A stretch of DNA of 64,000 nucleotides from the human T2T-CHM13v2.0 reference genome, Homo sapiens, in the NCBI RefSeq assembly GCF_009914755.1, contig NC_060928.1; one strand, written 5' to 3'. Shown here in pieces: positions 1 through 14,955 of this stretch. The translations under genes and the position numbers were made by a program. Under the pieces are notes generated by a model. It was given only the letters and a program-made list of their open reading frames with translations. It ran no database searches and had not been told where the DNA came from. How positions within the stretch are numbered: the stretch's first letter is position 1; each line of letters begins with the position of its first letter.

Positions 1-2009
1 GCAAGATTTCCAACAGCATGTGCTTATTTTTGTGTTTCTGTGTCACATTTTTGTAATGCGCACAGTATTTCAAACTTTATTGTTCTTATTAATATTATAT
101 TTGGTATGATGATCATAAAGAGTGATCTTTGATGCTACTATTTTAATTATTTTGAGGCATCATGAATCAAACCCACATAATATGGCAAACTTAACGGTTA
201 ATATGTGTGTTCCAACTAGTCCACTTCCACTGATCAACCATTCCATATCTCTTTCTTTATCCTCAGACCTCTCTGTTCCTAGAATCACAACAATACTGAA
301 ATTAGGCCAATTAATAGGTCTGCAATGACCTCTGTGTGTTCAAGTGAAAGAAAGAGTCTCAGATCTGTAACTTTAAATCAAAAGCTAAAAATGATTAAGC
401 TTAGTCAGGAAGGCATGTTGAAAACTCAGATAAGTCAAAAGCTATGCCTCTTGTGCCAAATAGCACAAGTAGTAAATCCAAAGAAAAAGTTCTTGAAGGA
501 AATTATAAAGTGCTACTCAAGTGAAAACATGAGTGACAAGAAAGTAAAATAGGCTTATTGTTGATATGAAGAAAGTTTGAGTGGTATGGATAAAAGATGA
601 AATCAGCCACAACATTTCTTTAGGCCAAAGCCTAATTCAGAGCAGGGCCATAACTCTCTTCAATGCTATGAAAGCTGAGACAGATGAGGAAGCTACAGAA
701 GAAAAGTTGGAAGGTAGCAGAGATTTGTTCATGAAGTTTAAAAAATAAGCCATCTCCATACCATCAAACTTCAAGTTGAAGAAGCAAGTACTTGTGTAGA
801 AGCTGAAGCAAATCAACCAGAGGATTTAGCTAAGATAATTAATGAAGGTGGATGCACTAAACAACAGATTTTCAATGAAGACACAACAGCCTTCCATTGG
901 GAGAAGAAGCCATCTAGGACATCCATAGCCAGGGAAGATAAGACAATGTCTGGATTCAAAGTTTGAAAGAACAGGCTAACTCTCTTGTTGAGAGCTAATG
1001 CACCTGGTCACTTTAATTTAAAGTTAATAATCACTGACCATTCCAAAAGTTCTGGGTCCCTTAAGAACTATGGTAAACATACTCTACCTGTGCCCTACAT
1101 ATGAACAACAAAGCTTTGATGACGACACATCTGTTTAGAGCATGGTTTACTAGATATTTTAAGCCCAGTGTTGAGACCTAGTGCTCAGTAAAAAAAGGAA
1201 TCCTTTCAAAATATTACTCATTGACAATGTGATGGTCACACAAGAGCACTGATGGAGATGCACAAGGAGACGAATGTTGCTTGCATATCTGCCAACAAAA
1301 CATCAATTCTGTAGCCTGAGTATCAAGGAGTTATTATGACTTTTAATTTTTATTATCTAGGATATATATTTCATAAGGCTATAGCTGCCACAGATAATGA
1401 TTCCTCTGATAGATCTTGGGAACATGAATTGAAAACCTATGGAAAGCATTCACCATTTGAAAATACAAATGCCATTAAGAACATTTATGATTCATGGGAG
1501 GAGGTCAACGTATCAACATTATCAGGAGTTTTGAAGAAGTTGGTTACAGTCCTCACGAATGACTTAGAGAGGTTCAAGACTTCAGTGGAGGAAGTAACTG
1601 CGAATGTGGTGAAAACAGTAAAAGAAGTATCATTAGAATTGGAGCCTTAAGATGTGACTGAATTGCTGCAATCTCATCATGGATGAGGAGTTGCTTCTTA
1701 TGGTTGAGAAAAGAAAGTAGTTTCTTAAGATCGATTTTACTTCTGGTGAAAATGCTGTGAAGGTTATTGAAAGAACAACAAAGGATTTATTATATTACAT
1801 AAACTTGGTAAAGCAGCAAGTATCTCAAACCCTGCAGTTTGACACAATTGACAGCATCCTGATCAGCCAGCAGCCATCAACTTTGAGGCAACACTCTCCA
1901 CCAGCAAAAAGACTGTGTGACCAAAAAATTGTGTGACTTGCTGTATTTCACTATTTGCTTTATTGCAGTGTTCTGGAACTAAACCTACAATATCTCTGAG
2001 GTATGCCTG
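1..2009 (+). mobile_element. Tigger1 DNA transposon (TcMar-Tigger), decayed; 5' end lies upstream of the window
   Basis: Transposase remnants ([15 protein letters not shown]; NAIKNIYDSWEEV..FKTSVEEVTANVV). 3' TIR ...caatatctctgaggtatgcctg is followed by a TA target site at 2010-2011. Confidence 0.95.
325..1680 (+). pseudogene. Disrupted Tigger1 (TIGD1-like, pogo family) transposase ORF
   Basis: ORF fragments 325-552 and 1336-1650 match the HTH and DDE regions; multiple stops and frameshifts lie between them. Confidence 0.9.
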
Positions 2010-2297
2010 TATACAAAAAGTGCCAAACATTAAAATTTAACTTTAAATCATTAATTTACTGTGTTTGATGATACTATTTTTCATAAATTGCCTTGCCTTT
2101 CCAAAGCTAGACAATGGAAAGAAATATTATCTGGCCCAGTTCAAAGGATAGTAGTGTTTTGACTGTAATAATGTTAATGTAGAAAATGCCTATTTGCAAT
2201 AATATGTATCAAAAGACATTAATATATCTAATTTATCTTTGTAACCTCCATGCCATTTACTTTGTTTATGAGTCTCAACATCAGGTTTAATAACAGT

Positions 2298-5189
<2,892 letters not shown>

Positions 5190-6639
5190 ACAAGATGAGT
5201 GATTACAGAGAAGAGAACTGTTTGGTGGGTGGTAGATGAGAGATTAGATACAGGAGATTAGTTAGAAATACATTGCACAAGTCTTGGTAAAAGACTATTA
5301 AATGAAAGAGCCATGCATACACCAATGCACAGAGTTAGAAATGGAAATGACCCAGGAGATCTTTGTCTTCCCACACTACTGGATTTTAAATTAAAACTCA
5401 GTAAAAGTAAATGAGTTTTCTATTTTCAAACAGCTACTTGTTAGAAGAACCTAAACTAGATCCTAGGTCTGATGAAATATCCAGTATTCATTATACAGAT
5501 CATTTACTCAAGAACTGGTAAGAGCTCAGCTGAAATTGTTAAAAGCAAAGTTTTCTCCTTAAAAACAGTATTGCTTTTTAGAACTATCACAAAAAAGCAA
5601 ATGCTTTTGTACAAACTGTGTTAGAAGGGGCCTGAGTACATGGTGAGAAAGAAAATAAAACCAGCTAAAGGTGTTTTTCAGAACTTTTATAAATTTGAAT
5701 GCATTTCTCCAAAGGAAACATAATGAATATCAATTTGTCAAAAAAGAACTATTAATAGTGGAAAGTATTCACAATGTGAGTAATTTCCTTGAAATAATAG
5801 CAAGACTTGAGTCTGGCAATGTTTGCTCCACCTAACAAATTGGGAGTGGAAATTGGCAGGTGCTGGGGGTGGGTGTGGAAGAGGGGAATGACATCCACAA
5901 GATCAGTCAACTCAGATAATAAAAATTTTGGAATTCAGTTCCATTCACTAATTTTAGAATGACTATTCGATTCATTTATGAACAACAAAGGAAGTGAGGA
6001 TTCCAAAAGCCGCAATTCCCCTAGGAATAAGATGAGCAAATTTTAGTTTATTTGCCCCAAATTAACAGTGAATTACTGAATTTTATTTATGTAAGGAAAA
6101 AAAGGTGATCCACATTCAACATCTCTGCAATTTCAAAGTGATATTCTCAGCCTGTGAAGCACTACATACATGTAAAATCAATCCTAGGGATTTTTATTTT
6201 TCCTGTAAAGCAAGTGGCATTTTAATAATTAACCTACCACCAAGTGACACCTACTATAATAAAAATATATTTCTTATAAGGAATTCCAAGAGCTTAATAT
6301 ATAGTCTATTCTTATTCTATAAGCACCTATTTTGATGAGGGATGAATATAGATATCTTGAATGAAATGTTGGCTAATTAAGAGACACTGGATAGAATCAC
6401 ATCTTTACCATAAGTACTCCCTGATTGTAGGATTGTAAACTCAATTCCCTAATCCCTTGACTTCTATGGTAAAAAAATCTGCAGGATTAAAATATCTGAA
6501 ATATAATCCCGGTACTATCAGTTATTTCTGAAACTTCAGATAAATTGTTGAAAATCTTTGATCTTTAGCTTATCTAATTGTAAAATGGGAACACTGCATT
6601 TGCCATTCCTGTCTCAAAAGATCATAATTAATCCTTTTT

Positions 6640-7285
6640 GGCTAGGGTGTGTTGTGGTAAAATAAAATAAAGTAACCCTAACATGTCCATAGAGACATTT
6701 TCCATTCGTGTAAAATTTTATGTGTATTGCTGAACCTCCTTCACTTTGTAGCTATACTATGCAGAACATGTGGCAGCCAAAGTTCCTGTGTTAAGGAATG
6801 AGAGAGAGAAGAAGGAGGCATAGGCCAGGCGCGGTGGCTCATGCCTGTAATCCCAGCACTTTGGGAGGCCGAGGTGGTTGGATCATGAGGTCAGGAAATC
6901 GAGACCATCTTGGTCAACACAGAGAAACCCCATCTCTACTAAAAAAAAAAAAAAAATACAAAAATTAGCAAGGCGTGGTGGCATGCGCCTGTAGTCCCAG
7001 CTACTCAGGAAGCTGAGGCAGGAGTATCCCTTGAACTTGGGAGGCGGAAGTTGCAGTGAGCCAAGATGGCACCACTTCACTCCAGTGCAGTGGGCAACAG
7101 AGCAAGACTCTTTCTCAAAAAAAGAAAAGAAGAAAGAAGGAGGCACACAACTTTGAATTGTCTTAACCTGAATCAACAAACATCATTGTTCCTCACTTCT
7201 CATTCCCAGGCAGTCCCAACAAATTGCAAGGGAAGCTGGAAATGTGGAGGACTATTTGATGAGTACTAACTGTCATGGCACAGTA
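6640..7285 (-). mobile_element. Old MaLR LTR (MLT1J/K-like) interrupted by an Alu
   Basis: MLT1-type motifs such as ccttcactttgtagct and attgcaagggaagctggaaatgt flank the Alu. Confidence 0.5.
6823..7128 (+). mobile_element. AluSc-like
   Basis: ggccaggcgcggtggctc start; ggatcatgaggtcaggaaatcgagaccatc; TSD aagaaggaggca on both sides. Confidence 0.95.
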
Positions 7286-7304
7286 CTGTTGATGGCTAAA
7301 ATAA

Positions 7305-7555
7305 TATTATAATAACCATCATTTATTGAACATTTAGCATATGCAAGATTATGTAAGGATCTTATAGCCATTATATCATATAATCTACTTGACAGTCCTC
7401 TCTGAAAAGTACTGCCATGCTCCCATTTAGAACTGAGAAAAGAGGTTTAATTACTTTACGGTTTTGCCCAAGGTCACATAGTTAGAAGGTGTTGAATCTG
7501 GTAGTCGGATTGAGATCTATCTGATTCAAAAGTTTTCCCCTAAACACTATGTTAC
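7305..7555 (-). mobile_element. MIR
   Basis: catttattgaacattt...cccattt...gcccaaggtcacatagttag core. Confidence 0.75.
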
Positions 7556-10194
7556 GCATTAAAGAGACGTGTGAGACAAATTTAATTCTTATGCTGCCAA
7601 ATTCCGTGTTGTGCTTGTCATACCTTTAACTTTTGCATCATCCTTTGATGACTATATAGTTCCTACATTCAACTGCACTGGGTCTAGGTTCAATGAATTG
7701 TCATGGAGCTTAGTAATGAGTGGTTTATCATTGAAAACTATGACTGGCTTTGCCAGTACACTCATCTGCACTGTCATTGACACATTACCCTACTTGCCCC
7801 AATATCCATCAGCCCAAAGCAGATTTTGGCAAGTGGAACCCTGCTCCTATTGTGGCAGCTGGATCACATCATACCTTGTATGCTACAGTGGTGGTGATTT
7901 GGAAGGGAGGAACTATGGCATGTTGAAATCAGAAGAAAAAAGAGAAAAAGAGCTGCAAAAGGTGGGAGAGGTGATGCTAAAATCAAGTTATCACCCATCA
8001 TCAAAGTTTTTATTTGCCGTGAGGTGGATTGTCCATAAACTAAGCATTATGTTTTTCAGGATAATTGTTAGTACACTGAAAGAATGATTATACCTTCAGC
8101 CAGCAGTTAGTTATATTTCACCTATTTCTTTACTACTTGGTGCTATAGACTCTGATCTTGCCTCCAGGCAACCTAAACAATTATAAGAACCGGTAACTGC
8201 TTTCTTTGAGGAGTGTTTTCAAGGACTAGCAACTTTTAAATGCCAGTGTTATTTCCATTTTTAAAGCTAAGTATTGTTGATGTTGCTTATGTTAATTGAA
8301 ATAAAATGAGTTGATATTTCACTAATATAATGCTTTGTTCTTAATTAAAATCTAGATCTTTAATGAGAGCATTTCAATAACACAATTGAAAACCAAAGTG
8401 ACAGGACAATAGCTATTATTTTGTTAATATGTTATAGTATTTTATATGTACAACTAAACACTATTTTGATTTCTTGACTAAAATTAGATTGGAATATACC
8501 GTTTGCCATTTTAACCTTTCTAAATGAATCACTGATTCTATTTTGATTTTTCTTTTAGTAAGTAACTCACATTGAACCACTAAAATGCTATCATCAGAGA
8601 TTACAAAACAATGACATATGCTTTAACAATGTTATTTAATGAAACATCCTGATACATTGAGAGCATCATAATAGAAAAAGCATATTGGCTGTGATATTAA
8701 AGGATCTACAGTTCAGAAAGGTAAGCTGTAAGTGATTAAAATATTTATTGCTATTACTTAATTGTAAATCCTTTTTTTCCAAGCATTCGAGGCACAAGGT
8801 CGTTTATGTAAATGTTAAGAAAAAGATGGCAAAGCCGTATCAATTTACAGAGCAGCTGGCCCATTATAACTTTTCTGACTGGGTTGAGGTCAAGTATTAG
8901 ATTAAGTTCCACTGTAATGACAATTATTCCTACTTGCATATTGATTCTTACCTATCCTAAAAACAAAATGATACAACCTTGGGAATTCATAATAAATAAT
9001 TTGATTAATATGTTTATATCCTGCAATAAAATCATTTTAAAAAGGATGCTTTTTTAAAACATTAAAAGTATATTAAACTTGACTGAATAACAGGATCAAT
9101 TCATGAATTGTTGTTTCTACATTTACAATGCATTTTAAATACTTTACACTCTTGAAGATATTTGCAGTTAGATGAATATGTTTACTATTGTCAAGCATTA
9201 ATTTTTGTTTGTCTTCTTTCCCACTTTTGCAAAGAGAATGTTATTTCTTTCCCTAGGCTCTGGTTGTAAATTAGCATTGATTGCAAATGACAGGATATTC
9301 CTTTTCTTTCCCTGTACAATTCCTGTCATAAATGTGTTGTTTTTAATAGCAAATCAGCTAATTAGAGACAGTGTGGTGTGGAAAATGGAGTTAATCGAAT
9401 TAGTATTAAAATACTTAGTAATTAATCATTTCTTGGAATGGCATATTATTCAGAGGTTAAAATTGTTGCCAAAGCTCATTTCTATCTGTATGCTTTCTTA
9501 GTATTACCAAAATTTTTCAAAATATATCCTAGGCACGTCCTAAACAGACAAAATTTGCAAGGGAATCATGAACTGATTTAAGATTATATAAGCCTATGTA
9601 ATTCATAATTTCATTAAATATTCCTTAAGGTCCTATATTGAAATAACTTTCCTATAAAATGAGTTAATATTGCAATGAAGAATCTGAAATAATAAGTTAC
9701 TACAATTGATCGTTTTAAATCATGAATTGCCCAAGCAACTGGTTAGCGGCTAGGTGAACAACAGCTGCTCTCTCAGTCTCTCTGACTTATTTCTAAGATG
9801 ATTTTGACCTTTAGATAGCAGACCTTTCAGCGATTTTTTTCCCATTCATCAAGTTTGCCTGAAAAATGAACAACTAGCTCAAATTTTGTGACTGTTTTTC
9901 TCTAATTTGTAAACCAGCCTAGGAAAAGCTGCCTAATATCTAATGTGTACCGTCTGTTCTCCTTCAGTATATGGAAAAAAGATAAATTATAAACAAATTG
10001 GATAATTGAGAATAGAAAGTTGGCATGACGAGTTATTTATTTAAATTAAATAACTGCTTCTGTTCTCTTATAACTTTGCATTTGGCTGTAAAAGACAAGG
10101 AAAGATATTAACATGATTGTATAGAAATTTGGGATGTCATTTTTCATTCATCAATTCATTCAATGAATACACTAGTAGGACTCAATCCTCAACC

Positions 10195-10360
10195 ATATAA
10201 GAGGATCTAAAACCCCTTTGGACTATTTTGAAAGTAGACATGTCATTACCCTGGAAGATTCTTTATAAGTAGGCCTGCAATGGAATCCAGACAGCAATAC
10301 TATTAAGGCTACATAAAGGATGAAATTCTGATATGCACAGAGTTAAGAACCACCATTCTA
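10195..10360. mobile_element. MER5-like hAT-Charlie MITE within an L2 3' fragment
   Basis: Ends in attctgatatgcacagagttaagaaccac, typical of the MER5 terminus. Confidence 0.55.
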
Positions 10361-10464
10361 GATGCTCTTCTAGGCACTGGAAATACAAAGACCAATAAGG
10401 CAGGGTTCCTGTAGAGGCTTCCAGTCTTTAACAGTCATGAACCACTAAATAAAATGAGATCAAT

Positions 10465-10766
10465 AGCCAGGGATGGGGGCTCACGCCTGTAATCCCAGCA
10501 TTTTGGGAGGCCGAGGCAGGCAGATCACCTGAGGTTGGGAATTCGAGACCAGCCTGACCAAAATGGAGAAACCCCATTTCTACTAAAAATACAAAATTAG
10601 CTGGACATGGTGGCGCATGCCTGTAGTCCCAGCTACTCGGGAGGCTGAGGCAAGAGAATCACTTGAAACTGTGAGGTGGAGGTTGTGCCAGATCACGCCA
10701 TTGCACTGCAGCCTGGGCAACAAGAGCGAAACTCAGTCCCCTCCCCCGCACCCCCCCCAAAAAAAG
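10465..10766 (+). mobile_element. AluSp-like with a C-rich interrupted tail
   Basis: gaggttgggaattcgagaccagcctgaccaaaatggagaaacccc (Sp diagnostics); tail ccctcccccgcacccccccaaaaaaa. Confidence 0.93.
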
Positions 10767-10884
10767 AGTGATGACCCCCATTACATGTGGCATAATTAAA
10801 CCACACAACTGATGATAGAAATACATCCTATGGCTGAAGAACTTTCTCCCAGAAAAATATTTACTGTTATTTACTTTTTCATAT

Positions 10885-11130
10885 TCAACTAATATTTATT
10901 AAGAGCCTGATGTATGCTAGACACTTTCAAATGCTTATTACATGTCATCCTCATGATTACCTTGTAAGGGAGATACCATCAGTACCATTTGGATAAATGA
11001 AAAACTGAGACTCAGAGAGATTAAGTGGCTTAGCCAAAACTCCCCAGACAATAAGTGCAGAAGCAAGGATTTGAATTCAGGCCTGTTGGGTTTCCAGTCC
11101 AGAAGCTTCCCCACTGTACCACACTGCCTC
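10885..11130 (-). mobile_element. MIR
   Basis: atttattaagagcct...aaaactgagactcagagagattaagtggctt...ggatttgaattcagg. Confidence 0.85.
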
Positions 11131-11323
11131 TCCAAAAGCATAAGGAACCTCTACAACTGACATTGCACCAGGTCCTGAGCTGCTGCCTCCCGAACTCCCG
11201 CCAGGCTGTACCCAATAGGTGAAGCCAGCCAGAAGGGAGAGGAGTAAGTAAGAAGGTCCCAGAGGCAACTTGCACCTGGCCCTGTCCAAGAGTGCAGTGC
11301 AAGCACTCCCCTGTAGGGGTTAT

Positions 11324-11790
11324 TATGATGGTTAATATTGAGTGTCAACTTGATTGGATTGAAGGATGCAAAGTATTGCTCTTGGGTGTGTCTGTGAGAG
11401 TGTTGCCAAAGGAGATTAACATTTGAGTCAGTGGACTGGGAAAGGCAGACTCACTCCCAATCTGGGTGGGCACCATCTAATCAGCTGCCAACACAGTCAG
11501 AATTAAAGCAGGCAGAAGAACGTGGAAAGCCTAGACCGGCTGAGTCTTCTGGTTTCCATCTTTCTCCTGTGCTGGATATTTCCTGTCCTTGAACATTGGA
11601 CTCCAGTTTCTTCAGCTTTGTGACTCCTGGATCTTCAACCACAGACTGAAGACTGCACTGTGGGCTTCCCTACTTTTGAGGCTTTGAGACTCAGACTGGG
11701 TTCCTGGCTCCTCCGCTTGCAGATGGCCTATTGTGGGAACTCACCTTGTGATTGTGTGAGTCAATTCTCCTAATAAACTCCCCTTCTCCC

Positions 11791-11871
<81 letters not shown>

Positions 11872-11906
11872 CTATTATTTCTGTCCCTCTAGAGAACCCT
11901 AATACA
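11324..11906 (+). mobile_element. MLT2A (MLT2A1/A2, HERV-L) solo LTR
   Basis: tatgatggttaatattgagtgtcaacttgattggattgaaggatgcaaag...ctgtccctctagagaaccctaataca; TSD gttat/gttag; AATAAA at 11772-11777. Confidence 0.95.
11794..11868. repeat. Compound (TG)n(TA)n microsatellite inside the MLT2A LTR
   Basis: Seen directly. Confidence 0.98.
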
Positions 11907-12868
11907 GTTAGAGAGAAACATGACAGGGAGGGGGCTAGAATGCAACCCAGTATTCTCTTTAATGTTCTCTTTTAGTGAAAGAATGTGCTACATTTCTAAG
12001 TTTAAAATTCAATAAGTTTTTTTTCTTAAGATCCTCTATTTGATAATACTTTTATAATATACATTTTAATGATGTACGACTTTGGTAGATTCCTTTTATT
12101 GTATACACAAGTATAATGGTACTTATTAAAAATGATAGTAAGAGAAGGGATATCTTCTCAATGACAGCCATGGATTGTAGATTTAGAATCGACATTCCAA
12201 ACCACATATTTTAAACCTATTAGACTATGGCATCTGGATGGCAGGCCCAGGTTTTTGTCATCAATTTATTGCAAGACAAAAACAGTCAGAGACACAAATA
12301 AAACATTCAACAAATTTGTGTTGAATTAATGAGTGACTGAGTGAATAGTATAATAGCTCTAAAGAGAATTTGGTAGTGCTTCACTTCGACTAATTTTGAT
12401 AACCTTTCAGTGAAAGCCAGGGAAAACTTTAAGTATTATAAAAGGGATTTTCTGAATTGCTACCTGAAATTCTAATAGTCATAATGACTAACAGAAATAC
12501 TTTTCTCACCTGCTGAGCAAACTACCTCACCTCTTTAACAATCTCAGTACAGTCGAATGGTATTGTTGCCAAGATAGGACTTTAAATTATATAAATCTTG
12601 GATCCTTCTTTCTGGAATATATCTAAAACAAGACTCAGAAAATTAAGCAAATGCTGCTGATTCAATAACAATGTTGGTTTCCAATTCCTGACTCTTTTTA
12701 GAGGACAAATAACACTGGGAACAAAATTCTGTCAGTACTTAACTATGAAGTTACATGATAAGAACAAAGATGATAGGGAATTTGAGCCAACTTGGATAAT
12801 TAACTTAAGAATTAAAAATACATTAATATGGCAACAATTGAAAAGATTTATAATACAGTATAAGCTTC

Positions 12869-12886
12869 TGTGCTGATGTCAGCACA
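12869..12886. promoter_or_regulatory. Palindromic CRE-type MARE-like motif (putative Maf site)
   Basis: tgtgctgatgtcagcaca is one CpG-decay change from TGCTGACGTCAGCA; motif match only. Confidence 0.3.
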
Positions 12887-12984
12887 CTAGTAAACAATGA
12901 AAAATCAAACTCTAATTATCAGTCCTCAGAAAGGGAGAGAACTGATGTGTCAGAATCAACTTCCAAGCATAAAAATGGCTCACG

Positions 12985-13200
12985 TGTATTAAATGTTGTT
13001 TGCACGATCTGAGCCCTGCTCTCAGAAGTGTATGACACTGATCCTTTAATCCTCTAAACAACTCTCTGAGGCACTACAACTATTACTTTTTGTTCTTTTT
13101 GTTGTTATGGATGAGGAATGGACAGAGGTGGTAATTGTCAGAGTCAGGATTTGAACCCTAGCATTCTAGTTCCAGTGTCTATGATCTTTACCTCCTGATA
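12985..13200 (-). mobile_element. MIR
   Basis: tttaatcctctaaacaactctctgagg...ggatgaggaa...gtcaggatttgaaccc. Confidence 0.75.
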
Positions 13201-14492
13201 AAAATAAACACAATTTCAAAAAACCCTGTTTTAAAGAATATGTTTCCTAGAAGTTCCTTCACTTGTCTTTTAAGAAATGATAAATGAAACATTTTAGGCT
13301 CCATTTAGCTTCCAGAAAATATTGCCATATTTTCAAACCCCTCCTCCTTTTGTTACGACATTGTTTTTCCATTACTGAAAAGCCATCCTAGTCAGCATTC
13401 ATTTTCCCTCCAGAATAGTGTTAAATCATTAGATCTATTGTTAATAAGAACCCACCTGAAACTAAAATATTTAAGGTACAACTATGTACAATAGGCTAGC
13501 GAATAAACTGCTGTGATTCCATGACTCTGTAAGATGCTTCACAGTTTCAGTAATATCTTTGGCATTGTATTACTTGTGGGAATTATTTTCTACTATGCTG
13601 TAAATATATCTGGAAAATATCCCTGTGTTATGGGTTGTCAGTGTAGAGAGAGAACTGGCAAATGAAAGCAGGAGTGTAATGGATCAGGCTGTGATTTTCA
13701 AAATATTAAAAAAAAGAATTTAATAGAATAAACTTCACTTGTCTTAGCTCTCTTTGAATAGTAGAATTTCAATTATGTTAATAGTCTTGTCATAAAAACC
13801 AATGAGAATCTTTATGCTCTTCTCAAGCCTTCTAAGGCAGGCTGCTTGACCAAATGAGCTGAATAATCTCTTCCTTTTCCTCGGTGGATTAACCAAGAAA
13901 AAAATAACACATGGGCTTACGAGCCTGACATGATGTCTTAAAATTTGAACATTGATAATTCTAGGCTTTATGCCAAGCCCAGCCTTAGCTGTCCCATAGA
14001 GGTAAGAGATGCCATTTACTGATTCAGATGAATTATTTGCCTTTCTACTAACAAGACTGTAAATCTTGAAAAGGTGACATGACTCTGGCATCTCCCAGCT
14101 GTAGTCAATAATAACTTTCACCTGCAGGCTTAGTCCAGCCAAATTCCTGAGCACTTTTGAACTTACGATCAGCAGCAGCTTTCGCATATGGATCCTACCT
14201 CATGTCTCTTCTTTTAGCTAGATTTGTACATTCAGATTTTAGTTTCTGGATTGAGTGCTCCACTGCCCCTTTGGGATGAAACTAATTCATTGACCTCTGG
14301 ACTGCTTGACTTAACCCCAAGAGTCATATGACCTTTGCCACTTTGATTTCCTGCTTTCAATGCTTCTGGTCTCTTGATTTTGTGTGACTGGCTTAAGCTT
14401 CCAGAATAATGAACATGAATGCCTTTGCTCTGATACTTTTAGCCATGTCTCTTATCCACATAATCCTTGGTCACATAAGGTACAGCAATCTC

Positions 14493-14908
14493 TGTGTAAA
14501 TAAAGAGCCTGAATCTGTATTTGATGTTTGACTGCTAACTGCTTTCAAGATTCCTCACTGCCCTTTCTCTTGTATTCCACATCTGAGCAAACTCATGAGA
14601 AAACCCACCTTCTGTCCTTTTTGGTGCCAGTGGAACAAATCAAGCCCCGCAAGCCCCAAATAATGCATGGGAACCCTCACCTCAGCCTCACCCCCTCACC
14701 ACCCTAAAGCCCCAAGCCAGTCTCCCTTCCCTGCTTTTTCAAGCCATGCTTAGACCAACTTTGAAGCCCATCCTGTTTCCCAAAAAGCCTCATTATTCAA
14801 ATAATGAACCTCTCTTACGTACTTGGTGTGTATGTAATATCATTGGAATTGGCATCTGAGCCAAGTTTCTGGGAAGAGTTCATTCTGGTCTTTTGAGTGA
14901 CTAAAAAT
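14493..14908 (+). mobile_element. ERVL-class solo LTR (LTR53/MER54/MER88 group)
   Basis: ctgtatttgatgtttgactgct...gggaaccctcacctcagcc...ccccaagccagtctcccttccctgc...aaagcctcattat resembles this LTR group; subfamily uncertain. Confidence 0.6.
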
Positions 14909-14955
14909 ATCCTTAATTCTTCTTATATCTTCTCTTATTCTTTTACTTATCTATA

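Noticed and set aside
7611-8087. 158-aa + strand ORF
   Set aside because: Non-ATG start, no recognisable domain or exon structure; consistent with chance.
8559-8720. + strand exon-like segment (ttttcttttag ... AAG/gtaagc)
   Set aside because: Stops in all three frames; such splice-site pairs occur by chance in 64 kb. At most a non-coding exon.
13744-14187. 147-aa minus-strand ORF
   Set aside because: No homology recognised and no supporting splice or promoter context.
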